A stretch of 64,000 nucleotides of DNA from an uncultured Gammaproteobacteria bacterium (GCA_964399675.1 CAYNRK010000006.1:1886-65885); one strand, 5' to 3'. Shown: positions 47,159 through 56,607, numbered from the stretch's first letter. Program-made: numbers and translations. Notes: a model not told the origin generated them from the letters alone.

Positions 47159-47492
47159 AAATCTCCTCATCAACCTCCTCAATCGCCAATTTTCTCACTA
47201 ATTTTGTAATCTCCTGTTCAATAGCCTCCATTTTAACAAACATCCGAAACACCAAAAAGAACAAACCAATAATTGAAAGGTAAATAATCAGATCAGCTCC
47301 TCGACCAACACCAACCAATCGAGCCAGCACATCAGAAGTCTGTGGCAAAAGCGTTACAACAGAAGCTGCAATCCAAAAAACAACCCAAAACAAAAGCCAG
47401 GCTATTGTAAGCCCTCCCTTTTTGAATTGCGTAATTGTCCTTGTTATGGCAAAGAGCGCAAACGCAACAATTAATCCTTGAATGATTGACAT
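47151..47492 (-). CDS. DUF2304 family membrane protein
   Basis: W..FW, A...GVGRGADL..Y and IT.LVR.LA. Confidence 0.85.
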   Translation of the reverse strand: MSIIQGLIVAFALFAITRTITQFKKGGLTIAWLLFWVVFWIAASVVTLLPQTSDVLARLVGVGRGADLIIYLSIIGLFFLVFRMFVKMEAIEQEITKLVRKLAIEEVDEEIYK

Positions 47493-47493
47493 A

Positions 47494-48159
47494 TCACATC
47501 ATGATTCTACGCAAGACTAATTTTACAAGAGTTTTAATTCCAACAAAAAATCCCTGACCTTTTGAAAGTGAGTACTCAGTGTAGATTGCTTTTATTGGAA
47601 CTTCTTTTAGAACAAGTTTGTTGCGCTTAGTTTCAGCAATAATTTCTGAGGAAACTTCCATGCGATTTGTTTGCAGCTCAATCTTTGAAAGCGCAAACTC
47701 TGTAAACGCACGATATCCGGATTGACTATCAGACACCCAGGCACCAAACAAAACAAAAGTTGTTAAGTTCCCAAGAATCTGAGCAACCTGTCTGTACCAT
47801 GGCATTCCAACTCTGGTTTTCATTCTTGTTCCAATCACAACATCCGCCCCTTTTTCTATTGCATGTACAAACTTGTTTATCTCTGATGGATCGTGTTGGC
47901 CATCAGCATCCAATGTGACAACAACCTCAGCATTTCGTTTTTTTGCCATTTCAAAACCAGTACCAATCGCTGCACCCAACCCCCTATTTATCACATGACT
48001 AACAACAACAGCACCTTGCACACGAGCAATCTGCGCAGTCCGATCAGTTGACCCATCATCCACCACCACAACCTCATCAACAAAATCCCGCGTTCCTTTC
48101 AGAACCTCGGCAATCGTTGTTTCTTCATTGTAAGCAGGAATAACTGCAATAATTTTCAT
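47494..48159 (-). CDS. GT2 polyprenol-phosphate glycosyltransferase (DPM1-like)
   Basis: IPAYNE, VDDGS.D.T, DADGQH and DSQSGYRA. Confidence 0.9.
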   Translation of the reverse strand: MKIIAVIPAYNEETTIAEVLKGTRDFVDEVVVVDDGSTDRTAQIARVQGAVVVSHVINRGLGAAIGTGFEMAKKRNAEVVVTLDADGQHDPSEINKFVHAIEKGADVVIGTRMKTRVGMPWYRQVAQILGNLTTFVLFGAWVSDSQSGYRAFTEFALSKIELQTNRMEVSSEIIAETKRNKLVLKEVPIKAIYTEYSLSKGQGFFVGIKTLVKLVLRRIMM

Positions 48160-48173
48160 AGATTGATCTTAAT

Positions 48174-48399
48174 CCTCCGACGAACTCTCAGTATCTCCAC
48201 AACAGGTACGTTGTATATAATTTCGCCAGCACGGAACAAAGTGAGTACTGCCGAAATTATATACAACGTGACTGTCCCCCATAATTCTTTACGAAGATTG
48301 CTTCGCTTCGCTCGCAATGACACAAGGTGCAGGACACGAGGGAATTCTTTACGGAGATTGCTTCGCCCCGTTTCACGAAAGGGGGCTCGCAACGACGCA
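48174..48399. repeat. Family C element copy 3 plus two half-REP units
   Basis: 48174-48296 matches family C. AGATTGCTTCG...CTCGCAA(T/C)GAC occurs twice. Confidence 0.85.
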
Positions 48400-48458
48400 T
48401 GGAAAAGTAGCAAAGACGCAGAGGGAGAGCGAGGACGCAGTGTGATTAGGCAGTATGA

Positions 48459-49475
48459 TTAAATCGACGTCAGCAGAATCTTATTTGCTTTCATATATTC
48501 AATAGTCTTCTTCAACCCATCTTCAAGCCTCACAAGCGGGAACCACCCCAAATCTTTGGCCTTGTTAATCCTTGGAAGCGACAGCTCTGATAAAAACTCA
48601 AAATCCTCACCCTTAACAATCTTTGACGAGCTTGTGGTCATTTGAATTATCATCTGAGCAACTTCATTAAGAGACAGGTCAATATCACTTCCTAAGTTTA
48701 CTGGGCCTGGATATTCCAGGGCGTTCATAAGCCGTGCAATTCCATCAACAATATCACTTACATAAGCGAGTGATGTACGGAAATCTTTTCCACCATTTAG
48801 AACCAGATCCTTTCCATCCAGGGCGTTTAAAATAAAATCCGGAATCATATGACCATCAAAAAGAGGCATGCGCGGTCCATAGGTTCTAAAGATGCGAGCT
48901 ATACGAATATCAATTGCGTGCACTTGTCTGTATGTCTCAAACATTGTTTCAGAAAATCTCTTGCCTTCGTCATAACACGCTCGAACTGACAAGTGATCCA
49001 CGATCCCTTTTGCATCTTCTTGAACATGTGCTTTTGTATCTGTTCGTGCTCCATAAACAACAGAACTTGATGCAAGCAAAATCTTTGCGCGATACTTTTT
49101 TGCAAGCTCTAAAACATGATAATTCCCAAGAGAGTTTGAAAGTAATGTTTGAACTTTAAACTCATTAAACTTTTTAATTGATGTTGGGCATGCAAAATGA
49201 TAGATCTCTTGAATACCTTGAAACGGAAGTTTGAATGCAGCAAGTTCTGAATGGCTTTCAAGATCAAACACCTCATTAACATCTAATCTAATGAATCGAA
49301 AGTCTGGGTGTTGTAAAAGACCACTGATATTACTGTGATCGCTGGTTGAAAAATTATCAACGCAAATCACACGATGACCCTCTTTGAGCAAATGCTCACA
49401 CAAATGGGATCCAATAAAACCAGCCCCACCGGTAACAAGTATGTTATTTTTTTCAAATGTAAGTGCTTGTGGCAT
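48459..49475 (-). CDS. UDP-glucuronate decarboxylase-like extended SDR
   Basis: GGAGFIGSHL, IYHFACP.S, CYDEGKR and RIF.TYGPRM. Confidence 0.8.
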   Translation of the reverse strand: MPQALTFEKNNILVTGGAGFIGSHLCEHLLKEGHRVICVDNFSTSDHSNISGLLQHPDFRFIRLDVNEVFDLESHSELAAFKLPFQGIQEIYHFACPTSIKKFNEFKVQTLLSNSLGNYHVLELAKKYRAKILLASSSVVYGARTDTKAHVQEDAKGIVDHLSVRACYDEGKRFSETMFETYRQVHAIDIRIARIFRTYGPRMPLFDGHMIPDFILNALDGKDLVLNGGKDFRTSLAYVSDIVDGIARLMNALEYPGPVNLGSDIDLSLNEVAQMIIQMTTSSSKIVKGEDFEFLSELSLPRINKAKDLGWFPLVRLEDGLKKTIEYMKANKILLTSI

Positions 49476-49490
49476 ATGTTCAATTATAGC

Positions 49491-49524
49491 AGGGGCTGGG
49501 CACTGGGCGCTAGGGGCTGGGCAC
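49491..49524. repeat. 7-bp tandem repeat
   Basis: (A)GGGGCT GGGCACT GGGCGCT AGGGGCT GGGCAC. Confidence 0.65.
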
Positions 49525-49562
49525 CCGGACGAGCGTCCGTTACCTCACACACTCCTTACGGC

Positions 49563-49597
49563 GTACATTATTTCCGCATATGAGAATTTTATGTCCA
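49563..49597. repeat. Degenerate palindrome (CATATG core) containing stop of PaaX-like gene 2
   Basis: GTACATTATTTCCGCATATGAGAATTTTATGTCCA. Confidence 0.75.
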
Positions 49598-50134
49598 TTC
49601 ATTTCCAACAATGACTTTCACCCACTTGTCTATTCCAAGCAATTGAGAAATCGCAACTAGCTCATCTGCAACATCTTTATTCGTTGACAAAACACTTAAC
49701 TGAAATTTTTTAAATCCCACTGAGTAAAGAAAGTGACGCCAGCTGTCTCGAGCCTTGGATGCACCGTTTGGGAAATCAAACATTACAAAACAAACCTGAT
49801 CATTTGGAAGCTCGATATCTTTTGTTCGAACTAGTTGTTTAAGATGTTGAACCAATGCATGCGAGGAAATCTCCACCAACATCTTGTTGCCAACTTTCTT
49901 TGACTCAATCCATTTTTTCTCTTGAAGATCTTTTATTACCCGTCTTTTTTCACGGTCGGCCTGAATCTGTTCCCACACTTCATCAGGCAACCTTGTCGAA
50001 TGCATGTATCGAGGACCAGCATAAGGTGGAACAAAAGTAACTACTTTTCCCATTAAATCTAAACCTCCAAGTAGTAACTCGATAACTTCTTCCTTTACTG
50101 TTTTCGATTCATTATCAATCCTAGGTCTTGCCAT
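49589..50134 (-). CDS. Short PaaX-like protein (wHTH + Cas2-like domain) 2
   Basis: L.EKKWIE wing region, then CFVMFDFP....KARD.WR.FL...GF...QLSV...W.KV. Confidence 0.8.
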   Translation of the reverse strand: MARPRIDNESKTVKEEVIELLLGGLDLMGKVVTFVPPYAGPRYMHSTRLPDEVWEQIQADREKRRVIKDLQEKKWIESKKVGNKMLVEISSHALVQHLKQLVRTKDIELPNDQVCFVMFDFPNGASKARDSWRHFLYSVGFKKFQLSVLSTNKDVADELVAISQLLGIDKWVKVIVGNEWT

Positions 50135-50135
50135 A

Positions 50136-50171
50136 TGTACATTATTTTCTCATATGGGAAAATAATGTACA
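50136..50171. repeat. 36-bp palindrome 1 bp upstream of PaaX-like gene 2 start
   Basis: TGTACATTATTTTCTCATATGGGAAAATAATGTACA. Confidence 0.9.
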
Positions 50172-50185
50172 AGAGTTTTTGATCA

Positions 50186-50647
50186 TTATTTCAGATATCC
50201 CAACTTTTTAAAAAGTTTAATTGATGGCGGAGTCAATTTTAATTTTTTAAGCTCATCGATTTGAGTCCAGCTATGAGTTACCAGATCGTCTTCTAGTTTA
50301 ATCTCAATCTCGTCTGCATTTTTGTCATTAATCACGATCTTGAATACATTAAAAACCATCTCACAGACCACATCCTCACCAGTACCCTTAAGGGTCTTTT
50401 CACATTCACCTCGACCAGAATCATCGACTAATTCAATCTCATACAACGAGATATCGATTCCGGTTTCTTCTTTTACTTCACGAATCAAAGCAGACTCTTT
50501 GTCTTCACCTTGATCAATACCTCCACCGGGGATATGCCAACTATCAGAATAGACACCTCCTTTATTAGGATCTTTCATTCCCTGAAACAGCTTTCCGTCT
50601 TTTGAAAAAATAAGTGCTGCTACAATATCTCTTTTAATTCGTTTCAT
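50186..50647 (-). CDS. NUDIX hydrolase
   Basis: WHIPGGGIDQGEDKESALIREVKEETGI. Confidence 0.9.
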   Translation of the reverse strand: MKRIKRDIVAALIFSKDGKLFQGMKDPNKGGVYSDSWHIPGGGIDQGEDKESALIREVKEETGIDISLYEIELVDDSGRGECEKTLKGTGEDVVCEMVFNVFKIVINDKNADEIEIKLEDDLVTHSWTQIDELKKLKLTPPSIKLFKKLGYLK

Positions 50648-50670
50648 AATTTTCTGAATAGCTTATTGAT

Positions 50671-50712
50671 CTGTGTGCATTGTTTTCTCATATGGGAAAA
50701 TAATGTCCACAG
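50671..50712. repeat. Third copy of CATATG-core palindrome
   Basis: CTGTGTGCATTGTTTTCTCATATGGGAAAATAATGTCCACAG. Confidence 0.85.
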
Positions 50713-50748
50713 TTCAGGCTATCTTTGACGGGTTGTCTTTGGATTAAT

Positions 50749-52824
50749 TCAAAGCCCCCAGGAAGCTGAGTTTATCCCGTTTCTGTCAGACTTGTTATTG
50801 GCAAAAAAAGTTCCAATCAGTTTAGCGTAACCATTGTAAACACGAATATGTGGGCCGCCCCCTGGTCCGGCAGCTGTAACAATTGAAGCTCCGGGCCATT
50901 CGCTTAGATTTCCAACTGACAAACGAACTCCACCACGAAAATTTTTATCATAGGCAAAAAAAGTCCCCAGCCATGTTCCCTGTCCATCATAAATCTGAAC
51001 CTGTGGACCGCCGCCGTTATCCGTTCCAGTTACAATCTCATCATCACCATCTCCATCCAAATCCCCGCTTGCCACAAAAATCCCTTTATCATAAGTCTTT
51101 GCGTAAGCATAAAATTCACTTATCAGTTCTGCATCAATAGAGTACACGTGCACCAAAGGTTCCATTTCTGAACCATGGCCAATAATAATCTCATCTTTTC
51201 CATTTCCATCAACATCTCCAAGAGCCACTCGCGTACTCAGCTCCCTGTTGTCTTCGGTACTAAATACAAACGATGAAACCAATGCACCTTGCCAGGTCAA
51301 TACTTTTACTCCACCACCTATTGCACCATCCGTGCTCACTGCAATCTCTTCTTTTCCATTTCCATTTACATCCCCGGTTGCAACAAAAAAACCATTATAC
51401 TCTTCCTCTTCATAAGCAAAAAAACTATTTAGTTCTTTTCCAATTAAACTAAAAATCTTGACTTGTGCTTTTGCCTGTGACGGAACAGTAATAATTTCTT
51501 CAACTCCATCCCCAGTCACATCTCCCATTGCCAAACGCACACCTGTTTGCAAATCTTCATACGCATCAAACTCATACAAAAACTCTCCAGAATTAGTGTG
51601 CACACGAATCATTGAACTATCTTGTTCAGACGATACGGCAATAAGATGAGATGATTGAGTAGTGCCAGGACTTACTAATTTTTTTTCGTCCTCATCAGCG
51701 AACGCGTCTGATATCTCCATTGCTTTTGCAATATTTAATCTGCCAGCCCCAAGCTGTCCGGAAAACTGAGGAGTTAAATTAATTGGATCAACAGAGAGCT
51801 GCAAAACAGTCTTTATATCTTTTGGTGTAAGCGAGGGATGATACCCCTTAAGAAGTGCGGCTGCCCCTGAAATAAGCGGTGCTGCCACAGATGTTCCTGA
51901 CCAACCGTTTTGATAAAAACCATCTGCAAAAAGCAACAAAGACTCATCTTGATAAACCGTACTGAATATTTCCTCACCAGGCGCTGAAATATCTGTGCAC
52001 TCATTGCCATAATTTGAAAATGAAGATTTGCTTGTTTGACGAGTGGTCGAGGCAACACCAATGATCCAATCATGCTCTGCCAGCTCACCATAACAAACCG
52101 GATAAATTGGTGTTGAGTTAATATTAGTCCCAGGTTCGTCGGCGTTTCCAACCGCTGCTACAACAACGATTCCGGCATCATATGCATCTTGTAATGCTAA
52201 ACGTAAATGCGGATCTGAATCAAAACCAGTAAAACTCAAGTTGATTACATGTGCACCGTTTTCCATTGCATATTGCACTCCTTTAGCAGCTTGCAGCGAA
52301 TTGCCCACACCTTCATCATCCAAAATTCTCACAGACATAAGCTGCACATTCCAATTTACTCCCGCGATTCCCAAGTTGTTATTACCTTTTGCACCGATCA
52401 AACCAGCGATTATTGTTCCATGAGAAATTGCTTTCTCATCAAAACTTTGACCAAAGTCTGGTGTGGCATGTTCATTGTCCTCAATAAAATTCCAACCATT
52501 CACATCGTCAACATATCCATTTTTATCATTATCAATTCCATCTCCTGCAACCTCGTCTTCATTAATCCAAATATTATCAATAAGGTCTGGGTGATCCATA
52601 TCGATCCCGGTATCAAGAACTGCAACAACAACACCTGAATCCCCTGTTGCTATATCCCAGGCTGCCGGTGCATCAATCTCATTCAGATACCACTGATTTT
52701 CAAAAAGCGAATCGTTTGGAGTTAATGCAGAAACAGGTATTGCCAAAACAAAAAGCAGACAAATAATTATGCCCTTTAAAAAAACTTTTTGTAATTGCAT
52801 ATCTGCGATGTTTTTAAAAATCAT
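50749..52824 (-). CDS. Secreted S8 subtilase with FG-GAP repeats
   Basis: VLDTG, HGT and SGTSVAAP catalytic triad. GD.DGDG.DEI..G...GGGP repeats. Confidence 0.9.
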   Translation of the reverse strand: MIFKNIADMQLQKVFLKGIIICLLFVLAIPVSALTPNDSLFENQWYLNEIDAPAAWDIATGDSGVVVAVLDTGIDMDHPDLIDNIWINEDEVAGDGIDNDKNGYVDDVNGWNFIEDNEHATPDFGQSFDEKAISHGTIIAGLIGAKGNNNLGIAGVNWNVQLMSVRILDDEGVGNSLQAAKGVQYAMENGAHVINLSFTGFDSDPHLRLALQDAYDAGIVVVAAVGNADEPGTNINSTPIYPVCYGELAEHDWIIGVASTTRQTSKSSFSNYGNECTDISAPGEEIFSTVYQDESLLLFADGFYQNGWSGTSVAAPLISGAAALLKGYHPSLTPKDIKTVLQLSVDPINLTPQFSGQLGAGRLNIAKAMEISDAFADEDEKKLVSPGTTQSSHLIAVSSEQDSSMIRVHTNSGEFLYEFDAYEDLQTGVRLAMGDVTGDGVEEIITVPSQAKAQVKIFSLIGKELNSFFAYEEEEYNGFFVATGDVNGNGKEEIAVSTDGAIGGGVKVLTWQGALVSSFVFSTEDNRELSTRVALGDVDGNGKDEIIIGHGSEMEPLVHVYSIDAELISEFYAYAKTYDKGIFVASGDLDGDGDDEIVTGTDNGGGPQVQIYDGQGTWLGTFFAYDKNFRGGVRLSVGNLSEWPGASIVTAAGPGGGPHIRVYNGYAKLIGTFFANNKSDRNGINSASWGL

Positions 52825-54837
52825 CTACGGATTCCAAATTGCAATTGTTCCCCCAAAACGATTTAAAGAATCAAATGCGAAAAAGCCTCCAATGGCATTT
52901 CCTTGCGTGTTAAATACACGAACATGTGGACCTCCTGATTGAAATGGAATTGTAAAAATTTCCTCATGTCCATTTTGATCTATGTCAGCAATACCAACTT
53001 GTACACCTCCTTTAAAATTTGCATCATAAGCAAGAAATGATCGCTGATATTTTCCAAACTGATCAAAAATCATGACCACTGGTTCACTATACTGACCTGC
53101 TGAGACAATAATCTCATTATCTCCATCCATATCAATGTCTCCAATAGAAGTTGCAAATCCGCGCATTGTTTCATTACCTAATTCAAACTCTCGAACATAT
53201 CTACCATTTCCATCAAAAATTCGTACTCGTTGATCCGTGCCCGAGCCAAGGCTCATTACAAGTTCTGATTCAACATCATCGTCAACATTCCCAACTGAAA
53301 CATGTATTGCGTGCGGTGTGCGACCAAAAGGGAAAAAAGAGCCTTTTAGTTGTCCGCGGTTATTAAAAATTCTCACCTGACCATTTCCACCCTGATCAGA
53401 AGTAACAATAATTTCATCTATTCCATCTCCATTAACATCACCTGAGGCTACAAAAATTCCAAGTCTGTCCCCAGGATCCAGGGCAAAAAACTGTCCAAGA
53501 ACTTTTCCATTAAGATCAAAAATCCTCACCTGCGGACCACCGCCCGGACCGGCCCCTGTAATCATTTCCTCCACGCCATTACCATTTATATCTCCCATTG
53601 CCAACCTGACGCCACCATGAAACTCCGGATGATACGCATAGAAAACACTTTTTATTTCGCCTGCTCCATTAACTCGTTTTACAACAGGATCCGAGCCGCG
53701 ACCCTGAGAAACAACAAAAGATCCTGATGGTGTGACCGAGCGTGCTCGTCCATAAGTTGCCCCGCCACCAGTAAACCCAGCAGCAAACTCAATCGCCCTT
53801 TTAACATTTAATCTCCCGGCGCCTAAACTTATGCGTGCATTAACAGAAGTTTCTTTTACCGGATCAACAGCTAGTTTCAAAATGGATCGAACTTGATTTG
53901 GTGTAAGTGATGGATACAAAGAACGAAGTTGTGCAGCTGCAGCAGCAACCATTGGTGCTGCAACCGAAGTTCCTTCCCATGGCGAACCATACGCAGTGGA
54001 AAGCAACAAAACAGCCGGGTCGTGATACACCGCACCAAAAACATTTGTTCCGGGCGCGGAAAGATCAACGCAGTGTGTTCCAAAATTTGAAAACGATGCT
54101 TTTTTATCTTTCTTGTTAGTGGCTGCAACTCCTATTATAACATTCTTTTCAAGATGCTGATCCATGCACGCAGGATAAATTAGGTCAATGTCTGTATTTA
54201 AATTTCCGTTTCCAATGGCCGAGACTATGACCACACCTTGTTCATGTGCCCACTCAATCGTTTGAAGTAAACGTTCGTCAAGTTCTGTTGTTGTAAAACT
54301 CAAATTAATCACGTCCGCTCCGTTGTTAACAGCGTACTCAATAGCACTGCGAACACTCAATGTACTACCCGCCCCATTTTCATCCAGAATACGAAGCGGC
54401 ATGATTCGAACGTTTTGAGCAATCCCAGCAATACCAACATCGTTTGAAGTTTGTGCGGCAATGATTCCTGAAATAAGAGTACCGTGAGAAATAACAGAAT
54501 CTTTCAATGGGTTTTCAATATTTGGTGAAGGATCAGGATCAGAATCAACAAAATCCCAACCAAACGCATCATCTTCAAAACCATTCCGATCATTATCAAT
54601 TCCATCCCCATTAATTTCATCTTCGTTTCTCCAATATCTTCCAATCAAATCTTCGTGATCCAAATCAAACCCAGCATCCAAAACAGCCACAATCGCTTGG
54701 TGCGAACCCAAAGCATGATCTGTGGCTTTTATCTGGTCGAGATACCACTGTTCAGATAAAAACAAATCAGTCGCAGCAATTGCCTGCGCTGGGTTAAGCA
54801 AAAAAGTCAAAATGAGAAAAAAATAAAATACCCTCAT
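52825..54837 (-). CDS. Secreted S8 subtilase with FG-GAP repeats (tandem paralog)
   Basis: VLDAG, HGT, EGTSVAAP and FG-GAP repeats. Confidence 0.9.
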   Translation of the reverse strand: MRVFYFFLILTFLLNPAQAIAATDLFLSEQWYLDQIKATDHALGSHQAIVAVLDAGFDLDHEDLIGRYWRNEDEINGDGIDNDRNGFEDDAFGWDFVDSDPDPSPNIENPLKDSVISHGTLISGIIAAQTSNDVGIAGIAQNVRIMPLRILDENGAGSTLSVRSAIEYAVNNGADVINLSFTTTELDERLLQTIEWAHEQGVVIVSAIGNGNLNTDIDLIYPACMDQHLEKNVIIGVAATNKKDKKASFSNFGTHCVDLSAPGTNVFGAVYHDPAVLLLSTAYGSPWEGTSVAAPMVAAAAAQLRSLYPSLTPNQVRSILKLAVDPVKETSVNARISLGAGRLNVKRAIEFAAGFTGGGATYGRARSVTPSGSFVVSQGRGSDPVVKRVNGAGEIKSVFYAYHPEFHGGVRLAMGDINGNGVEEMITGAGPGGGPQVRIFDLNGKVLGQFFALDPGDRLGIFVASGDVNGDGIDEIIVTSDQGGNGQVRIFNNRGQLKGSFFPFGRTPHAIHVSVGNVDDDVESELVMSLGSGTDQRVRIFDGNGRYVREFELGNETMRGFATSIGDIDMDGDNEIIVSAGQYSEPVVMIFDQFGKYQRSFLAYDANFKGGVQVGIADIDQNGHEEIFTIPFQSGGPHVRVFNTQGNAIGGFFAFDSLNRFGGTIAIWNP

Positions 54838-54871
54838 AACGAAGGCATTTTAACAAAATTGAGCAAAATGT

Positions 54872-56371
54872 CTAAAAATTATCATTTAAACTAAGCACTG
54901 ATGCTTTTGCATCATCAACCACATAATCATCTGCAGATTCAATTGACTCACCAAAACTATAGTTTCCATAAAACGCGTCCGGAATGTCATCGATTTGTTT
55001 GTTCCAATCTGTGCCATATAAATCTATTGCAATTTCTTCTGAAGCAATTGCACGAAGCTGCCCGCCCTTTGAAACCGTATACACAGTTGGCACACTTAAA
55101 AACTTAACCATTTTTGTACCTGGATGATAAGTAACATTCTTTCCAAGTGTAAGTGAAGCCATAAAATCTGTTGAAACTTCTACAACTGAATCAAAATTCT
55201 CATACCAAGTGAAGTAAATTTTTTCATTTGGAAACGCATGACGCTTTCCATCACTTGAGTAAAAGTAAACTGCCCGACACGGATCGGTTTCATCGCTTGC
55301 AACAGAACAATATGTTTTTATAAGTTGCCCTGGAAGTGCTTCTGGAATTTCTGTTTCAGTCTCGGTCTCTATTTCCTCTTCTGGATCAGGAATCACTTCT
55401 ATCACTTCTGGCACATATTTATATACAAGTGATGTTACATCATAATCAGAACCCGCTGCCCAAATCTGGCCGTCTGCATCATGAAACACATCGTAAAAAA
55501 TATAGTTGGTGTCGGAATAAGTATCAACATCCCAAGTCACACCACCATCCAATGAAACAACCAGAATTTTTTCACCGGCTATTGCGATGTTTTGACCAAA
55601 CGACTCAACAGCCAATAAATTTTCATTTCCAATTCCTGAAATTGAAATTGACGACCATGTCAATCCCCGGTCTGAAGTCTTTAGTACAGAACCCTGGCTT
55701 CCAACTGAAAATCCAACTGAATCGTCAAGAAAAGAAATGCTGTTCAAATTCTCATACGTTCCACTTATAATTTCAGCCCAACTCATAGAGTTCGATGTAA
55801 AAAATATTTTTCCATCATCTCCAACAACCCAACCATCTCCGTTGTCTTTTACAAAGACATCATTAAGATCCACAGAACTGCTGGTAGAAGTTAAAGACCA
55901 CGTCTTACTTGTTTCAACATAATAGTAAACTGTTCCGTCTGCTCCAACAAAGAAACCCACTGTGCCATTTACGTCAATTGCGTTTATGTCTTGGGTTGTT
56001 AAAAGCGATATGTTCTGCCATGTCAAACCATTATCAACTGAGCTTAATGCAGAACCATCCTCACCAACGGCAAGAATCTTTCCGTCTGGCAATAATCCAA
56101 AATCAAAATAAAATTTCGTTGATTCACTTACTCCTTCGTTCCAATTCTGACCATCTTCTGAATAAATTGTTTTTCCAGAATTACCGGTTCCTAAATAATT
56201 TGAACCGCTTTGAAAAAACGCTCGCATGCTTTGAATGTCGCCTTCTGATTGAGACACCCAGTCGCCGGCGGCGTGAGCTGAAAGCGAACCGAGAAACAAA
56301 AGAACAAAAGAACAAAAGAAAAATAATATAGGGTAGCCCCAGGCTTTAGCCTGGGTGTGATTGTTTTGCAT
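54872..56371 (-). CDS. Secreted YCF48/BNR beta-propeller protein with C-terminal surface-protein domain
   Basis: S.D.G.TW Asp-box repeats. C-terminal VYFY..DGKRHAFPNEK.YFTWY. Confidence 0.8.
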   Translation of the reverse strand: MQNNHTQAKAWGYPILFFFCSFVLLFLGSLSAHAAGDWVSQSEGDIQSMRAFFQSGSNYLGTGNSGKTIYSEDGQNWNEGVSESTKFYFDFGLLPDGKILAVGEDGSALSSVDNGLTWQNISLLTTQDINAIDVNGTVGFFVGADGTVYYYVETSKTWSLTSTSSSVDLNDVFVKDNGDGWVVGDDGKIFFTSNSMSWAEIISGTYENLNSISFLDDSVGFSVGSQGSVLKTSDRGLTWSSISISGIGNENLLAVESFGQNIAIAGEKILVVSLDGGVTWDVDTYSDTNYIFYDVFHDADGQIWAAGSDYDVTSLVYKYVPEVIEVIPDPEEEIETETETEIPEALPGQLIKTYCSVASDETDPCRAVYFYSSDGKRHAFPNEKIYFTWYENFDSVVEVSTDFMASLTLGKNVTYHPGTKMVKFLSVPTVYTVSKGGQLRAIASEEIAIDLYGTDWNKQIDDIPDAFYGNYSFGESIESADDYVVDDAKASVLSLNDNF

Positions 56372-56407
56372 ATTAATAAAAGTATAACACATTTCCTTCA
56401 TTGCTAA

Positions 56408-56440
56408 CCCCCTCTAACTCCCCCTTGAAAAGGGGGAGAA
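56408..56440. repeat. CCCC...GGGG REP-like element, copy 2
   Basis: CCCCCTCTAACTCCCCCTTGAAAAGGGGGAGA, similar to 6408-6441. Confidence 0.7.
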
Positions 56441-56449
56441 TTTTCAAAC

Positions 56450-56474
56450 CAAAATCCGCATCATAGATGCGGAT
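56450..56474 (-). terminator. Terminator of S-layer-like transcript
   Basis: ATCCGCATC-TAT-GATGCGGAT-TTT on the minus strand. Confidence 0.7.
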
Positions 56475-56607
56475 AATGGCTCCTTAAGATCCCAGTTTCG
56501 GTAAGCCTAGGATCGCGGCATCAGCGTTGATCCGAATCGCTTGTGAAACGTGTGGACGGTTAAAGATTTGAGATGTTCCTGGGCGAACCAGTACTAATCA
56601 TGATCGA

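Noticed and set aside
56490-56530. Hammerhead ribozyme (CTGATG...CGAAA on minus strand)
   Set aside because: The core reads CTGATGC rather than CTGANGA, and the required helices could not be assembled.
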